From Bacillota bacterium (lineage in GTDB: Bacteria; Bacillota; UBA994; UBA5500), in assembly GCA_050949085.1 (NCBI GenBank), contig JBMNFB010000009.1, forward strand, positions 130,379 to 194,378: a stretch of 64,000 nucleotides of DNA, given 5' to 3'. The notes beneath the pieces are model-generated. The model did not search any database. It was given only the letters and a program-made list of their open reading frames with translations, and was not told where the DNA came from. Position numbers and translations under genes: made by a program. Positions 60,459 to 64,000 of this stretch are shown piece by piece (position 1 is the stretch's first letter; every line of letters begins with the position of its first letter).

Positions 60459-61892
60459 ATGTTAAAGACCGATGTTTTTGCCCCTTCTCGCTTCACTGGA
60501 GAGGGGACCATTACGCTGCGCGGCAAGGAAGTGCCCTACCATACGGTCAGTGAGGATAATGTCTTCTATGACGACGAGGGGAAACCCATCGCCTCCATCT
60601 TCTCGTACTCGTATTTTCGTTCTGATGTAGAGGATGTGAAGTCGCGGCCAGTCATCTTTGGGTTCAACGGGGGACCAGGCACCTCGTCCATGATGGTACA
60701 CGTGGGATTTCTGGGGCCCAGACGGGTTAAGTATGGCGAGGTAGATGATGACGGTCTGCCGCTCCCACCTTATGAGGCGTGCGACAACGACCAGTGCCTG
60801 TTGGATATCGCCGATCTGGTGCTCATCGACCCTGTCGGCACCGGCTTCGGACGCCTGCTGGATGAGTCCAGGCGGGACATGTTCTACGGGATTGAGGAGG
60901 ATGCTGAGGCGATCCTCACCTTCATTCAGGCCTGGCTGGCCCGCTACAACCGCTGGCAGAGCCCCAAGTACCTGCTGGGCGAAAGCTACGGCTGTACCCG
61001 CGCCACCACGGTGGCGGGGATGGGCTCCCTCTCTGGAGCTGAGCGCGCCTACAGCGTCACCTTTGACGGCCTGATCCTGATCGGTAATACCGTCAAAGTA
61101 GGCAAGTACCGCGAGGCACCCCCGGTGTACCCGGCGGTGCTGGCTTTCCCGACTCTGGCAGCCGTCAACTGGTACCACAACCATCCTTCCAACCAGACGG
61201 TAGAGGAGTTCGTGGCCGAGGCGAAGCAGTTTGCTGACACCGACTATCTGCTGGCACTCTATCAGGGGAACACCCTGCAGGGCGAGGCCCGGGAGCGGAT
61301 CATCGAGCGCGTAATGTATTACACCGGCGTTTCCCGCGAATATCTGGAGAAGCGGGCCCTGGTGGTTGAAGAAGTGGAATTTCGCAGCCAGGTGGCTCGC
61401 AAGAAAGGCCGAGCAGTCGCCCGCCTCGATGGGCGGATCACCCGGCCACTCTACTCGCCAGGCCTGGATGAGCAGACTTTTGGCCCACGCGACGACGCCG
61501 CCGAGGGGAAGTACAATGCCTTCTACCAGTCGGTGCTCTGTGGGGAACTCTTCCCGTTGCTGGGCATCAAGACTGACCGCAATTTCGTCAACTCCCATTC
61601 GTTGTGGCCGAGCTGGAACTACGATGTCAAGGGGCGCACGACAGCGCAGAACCTGAGCGCTGCCATGCGCCGCACACCGACCATGCGCACGTTCTTCATC
61701 AACGGCTGGTATGACATCTGCACGCAGATCGGCATCCTCTATTACACCCTGGATCACTCCGACCTGCCATTGGATCGGGTGTTCGTCAAGGGATATGAAG
61801 CGGGCCACATGGCGTACCTGGGCGAGGATAATATTCAGAGCGTCACCGACGACATCTATACCTTTATTCAGGGCGGCGATCCAACTAAGTAA
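60459..61892 (+). CDS. Serine carboxypeptidase (peptidase S10)
   Basis: FNGGPGTSS and GESYG catalytic-Ser motifs with a C-terminal His region. GGGAGGGA upstream. Confidence 0.8.
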   Translation: MLKTDVFAPSRFTGEGTITLRGKEVPYHTVSEDNVFYDDEGKPIASIFSYSYFRSDVEDVKSRPVIFGFNGGPGTSSMMVHVGFLGPRRVKYGEVDDDGLPLPPYEACDNDQCLLDIADLVLIDPVGTGFGRLLDESRRDMFYGIEEDAEAILTFIQAWLARYNRWQSPKYLLGESYGCTRATTVAGMGSLSGAERAYSVTFDGLILIGNTVKVGKYREAPPVYPAVLAFPTLAAVNWYHNHPSNQTVEEFVAEAKQFADTDYLLALYQGNTLQGEARERIIERVMYYTGVSREYLEKRALVVEEVEFRSQVARKKGRAVARLDGRITRPLYSPGLDEQTFGPRDDAAEGKYNAFYQSVLCGELFPLLGIKTDRNFVNSHSLWPSWNYDVKGRTTAQNLSAAMRRTPTMRTFFINGWYDICTQIGILYYTLDHSDLPLDRVFVKGYEAGHMAYLGEDNIQSVTDDIYTFIQGGDPTK

Positions 61893-62086
61893 CGTAGGCA
61901 GCTGGAGGATATGGGCCGCTCTTGCGGCAACGAGAAGGGCGGTGCCTCTGCTGGATCACCAGCAGGGCATCGCCCTTAACCTTCGCTCTTGCTGAAACAC
62001 CAGCGCTGCCGTCCTGTACCGACAGCTATCTGTGCCAGGGAAGTGCTCCTGCAGCGACGGCAGCCGCCGCCTTGCCAGGGTGCAGG

Positions 62087-63946
62087 TTATCTGCTTCTGC
62101 GGCGAACCCGCTTCTGATAGATGGGAAGATGGTCAGGCAGCGACCCTACAATAACCTTTTGTTGCTCAGCGTCCCAGAGGAAGTAGATGCGGATCAGGTG
62201 GGTGCCTACCCCGTGTTTGAGGTGTAGGTCGAGCAAGCGCCGTTCTCTGATTCCCTCCTGATTGGTTACCTGGATTTCATAGTGCCGCTTGGCTACCTGC
62301 AGTGTCGCCCTGCCCACAGAGCATGGCACCCAGAGATAGTCAATCTGGTAGAGCTCGAGCATCGCCTGATCGATCTCCTGCCGCCGATACCGCGCATAGG
62401 CAGCCAGAAAATATAGACCATCAGCTAGCGCCGTCGGCGAGGCGGGGCGCTTCGCCTTTCTCAGCTCCGCTACCGCGCGTTCGTGGAGAACTACATCCTC
62501 GGCGAGGTTATCCCTGACCCATTCCTCGATCTGCCCCAGCGTTGTTGGAAACTTCGCCGCGTCCTGGGCCTTGCGCTGATAGAAGGCGATGGCTCTGTCC
62601 CGATCAGCGATCAGGGAGGCCTGTCCTGCTAGCTTGTCCCGCAGCTGATCCACCTGCTGCCGCAGCTCGCTACAGCGGTCCACTGCCTGGCGGAACTCCC
62701 GCTCGAGGCGCTCATTGGCTGCGGCACGCTGGATGATGTCGCGGCGCTCCTCCTGTAGCTCGCGGATCCTGGTGCGGAGCTCGTTGCATTCTTCCTGCAA
62801 GAGCTCCACCGTCGCCCCCTGCTTGGCGAGACTGGCGGTTCTCCGGCTGCTCTGCTGGATCTGGGCATCGGAAAAGAACAGCACATCGTGGAAATCGACG
62901 TCCCGGCGTTTGGGGAAGAGCTTTAGTTTCTCAGCTAGTTCCCGGCGAGCCTGCTCTGGGTCGCAGACGATCTCCTGATAGGGGATTACCTCCACATACG
63001 AGTCTGGATAGAAGATGACCGCGTCGCCGGGCTGCAAGTCACTGTCGGGAACGCATTGCCTAAGCTTCGCCAACTGACTGTCGGCGCAACTGGCCACATG
63101 GGCAAAGGCGACCAACGACTGCGCCAACCGCTGAGCGTTGATCTGTCGCGGCCGAATTTCCTTCGGCGGCAGCAGGCGAATCGCCAGCCGAGCGCGCTGA
63201 GACTCCAGTACCGAAGCAGGCATCAATGCTCTGTGGAGTTCCTCGCCCTCAAATCCGTGCAGCGCCGCAGCAATCTCGGCACTCGGCGGCTCCGTGATGA
63301 CCACCAGCGGCAATGCCCTCTCCCTGGCGCGGATCAACCCCTTCAGGTTGCGGAAGTCGGCATTGGTCGTTACGGGTATTATCTCGGGCCGAAGCTTCAC
63401 CACCTGCCGCAATCCCAGAAGGGGGTTGTTGGCGATACTTCTGACGGCCACCGGCCGGAATACCTCACAATCCACCGTCTGGTGCTCCGGCTCTGAGCAG
63501 ATGGTGCGAAACCCCACCTGAACTCGATCGCGGACGATCCGCAGGGCCATATTGGTCTCAAAGAGCCTGCCGATAACCGGCGGGCGCGGCACTGGGCCGT
63601 CCTGATTGGCACCCTGATCGGGTTCAACCAGCCGCAGGGCCCAGATGCCATCCTCTGGCACGTAAAGCACGTCTACTTTATGACCTAAATCCGCATGGAA
63701 CGACCTGATGGCGCCTGCCGGCAGCGATGCATAATCGTCGGCTGTCGGCAGCTCCATCTCAGCCGGCAGCTCGCCAAAAGCCGCAAATCGTTTGCGCAAC
63801 CAGCTCATGATCTCCAGCACAGCTATCTGTAATGCCAGATCGGGTGCCAGCTGCCTGTTGTAGATCTCCGCATAGAGCTGAAAAGTTGAGTATCGTTTGT
63901 TTACCTGTAACGGAATGGGCTCTCCTCTCACCCGTGCCATGTTCAT
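62087..63946 (-). CDS. Large hypothetical protein (619 aa) with central coiled-coil
   Basis: Strong ribosome-binding site AGGAGG. An N-terminal domain of about 330 aa, an Arg/Glu-rich coiled-coil at about 380-470, and a C-terminal domain of about 150 aa. No recognisable motif. Confidence 0.5.
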   Translation of the reverse strand: MNMARVRGEPIPLQVNKRYSTFQLYAEIYNRQLAPDLALQIAVLEIMSWLRKRFAAFGELPAEMELPTADDYASLPAGAIRSFHADLGHKVDVLYVPEDGIWALRLVEPDQGANQDGPVPRPPVIGRLFETNMALRIVRDRVQVGFRTICSEPEHQTVDCEVFRPVAVRSIANNPLLGLRQVVKLRPEIIPVTTNADFRNLKGLIRARERALPLVVITEPPSAEIAAALHGFEGEELHRALMPASVLESQRARLAIRLLPPKEIRPRQINAQRLAQSLVAFAHVASCADSQLAKLRQCVPDSDLQPGDAVIFYPDSYVEVIPYQEIVCDPEQARRELAEKLKLFPKRRDVDFHDVLFFSDAQIQQSSRRTASLAKQGATVELLQEECNELRTRIRELQEERRDIIQRAAANERLEREFRQAVDRCSELRQQVDQLRDKLAGQASLIADRDRAIAFYQRKAQDAAKFPTTLGQIEEWVRDNLAEDVVLHERAVAELRKAKRPASPTALADGLYFLAAYARYRRQEIDQAMLELYQIDYLWVPCSVGRATLQVAKRHYEIQVTNQEGIRERRLLDLHLKHGVGTHLIRIYFLWDAEQQKVIVGSLPDHLPIYQKRVRRRSR

Positions 63947-64000
63947 TCCTCCTCATCATCAAGTCGCGCAAACAAATATTTACTTCGACAAGGCATCTGC

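Overview
This 64 kb window looks like a chromosomal segment from a high-GC (about 60%) endospore-forming Firmicutes-like genome (Clostridia-type). Markers supporting that read are splB (spore photoproduct lyase), a GerM-like lipoprotein next to murI/racE, rph-rdgB, copper-amine-oxidase-N and SLH domain proteins, a DUF896 protein and TPP-riboswitch control of a thiXYZ-like transporter. Housekeeping blocks include tig-clpP-clpX (clpX truncated at the window edge), five minus-strand tRNAs (Gly, three Arg isoacceptors, His), rph-rdgB, gerM-murI, a MATE exporter, single-chain pyruvate:ferredoxin oxidoreductase, several peptidases (M55, two M20, two paralogous S9, S10), an ABC-2 exporter, a Ca-type P-type ATPase and a copZ/P1B-ATPase/Crp-Fnr metal operon. 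No transposase, integrase or CRISPR array was seen. The items most worth a second look are: (1) a glutaredoxin-like gene with an in-frame TGA at the active-site position, which an ORF caller would miss; (2) a 374-bp tandem repeat in 2.5 copies with internal inverted repeats and a hypervariable core, with diverged copies of its motif elsewhere in the window; (3) a TPP riboswitch with terminator driving thiXYZ-like genes plus a TatD-family hydrolase; (4) a fragment of the MATE gene's 5' end fused in frame upstream of murI; (5) a P1B-ATPase with a CPG rather than CPC motif, a CPSC metallochaperone, and an FNR-like palindrome upstream; (6) a Macro-HTH plus VWA two-gene operon and a 619-aa coiled-coil protein of unknown function; (7) an oadB decarboxylase beta subunit with no alpha subunit nearby and a 40-aa membrane peptide behind it. 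All coordinates come from manual reading; start codons and RNA boundaries are approximate.
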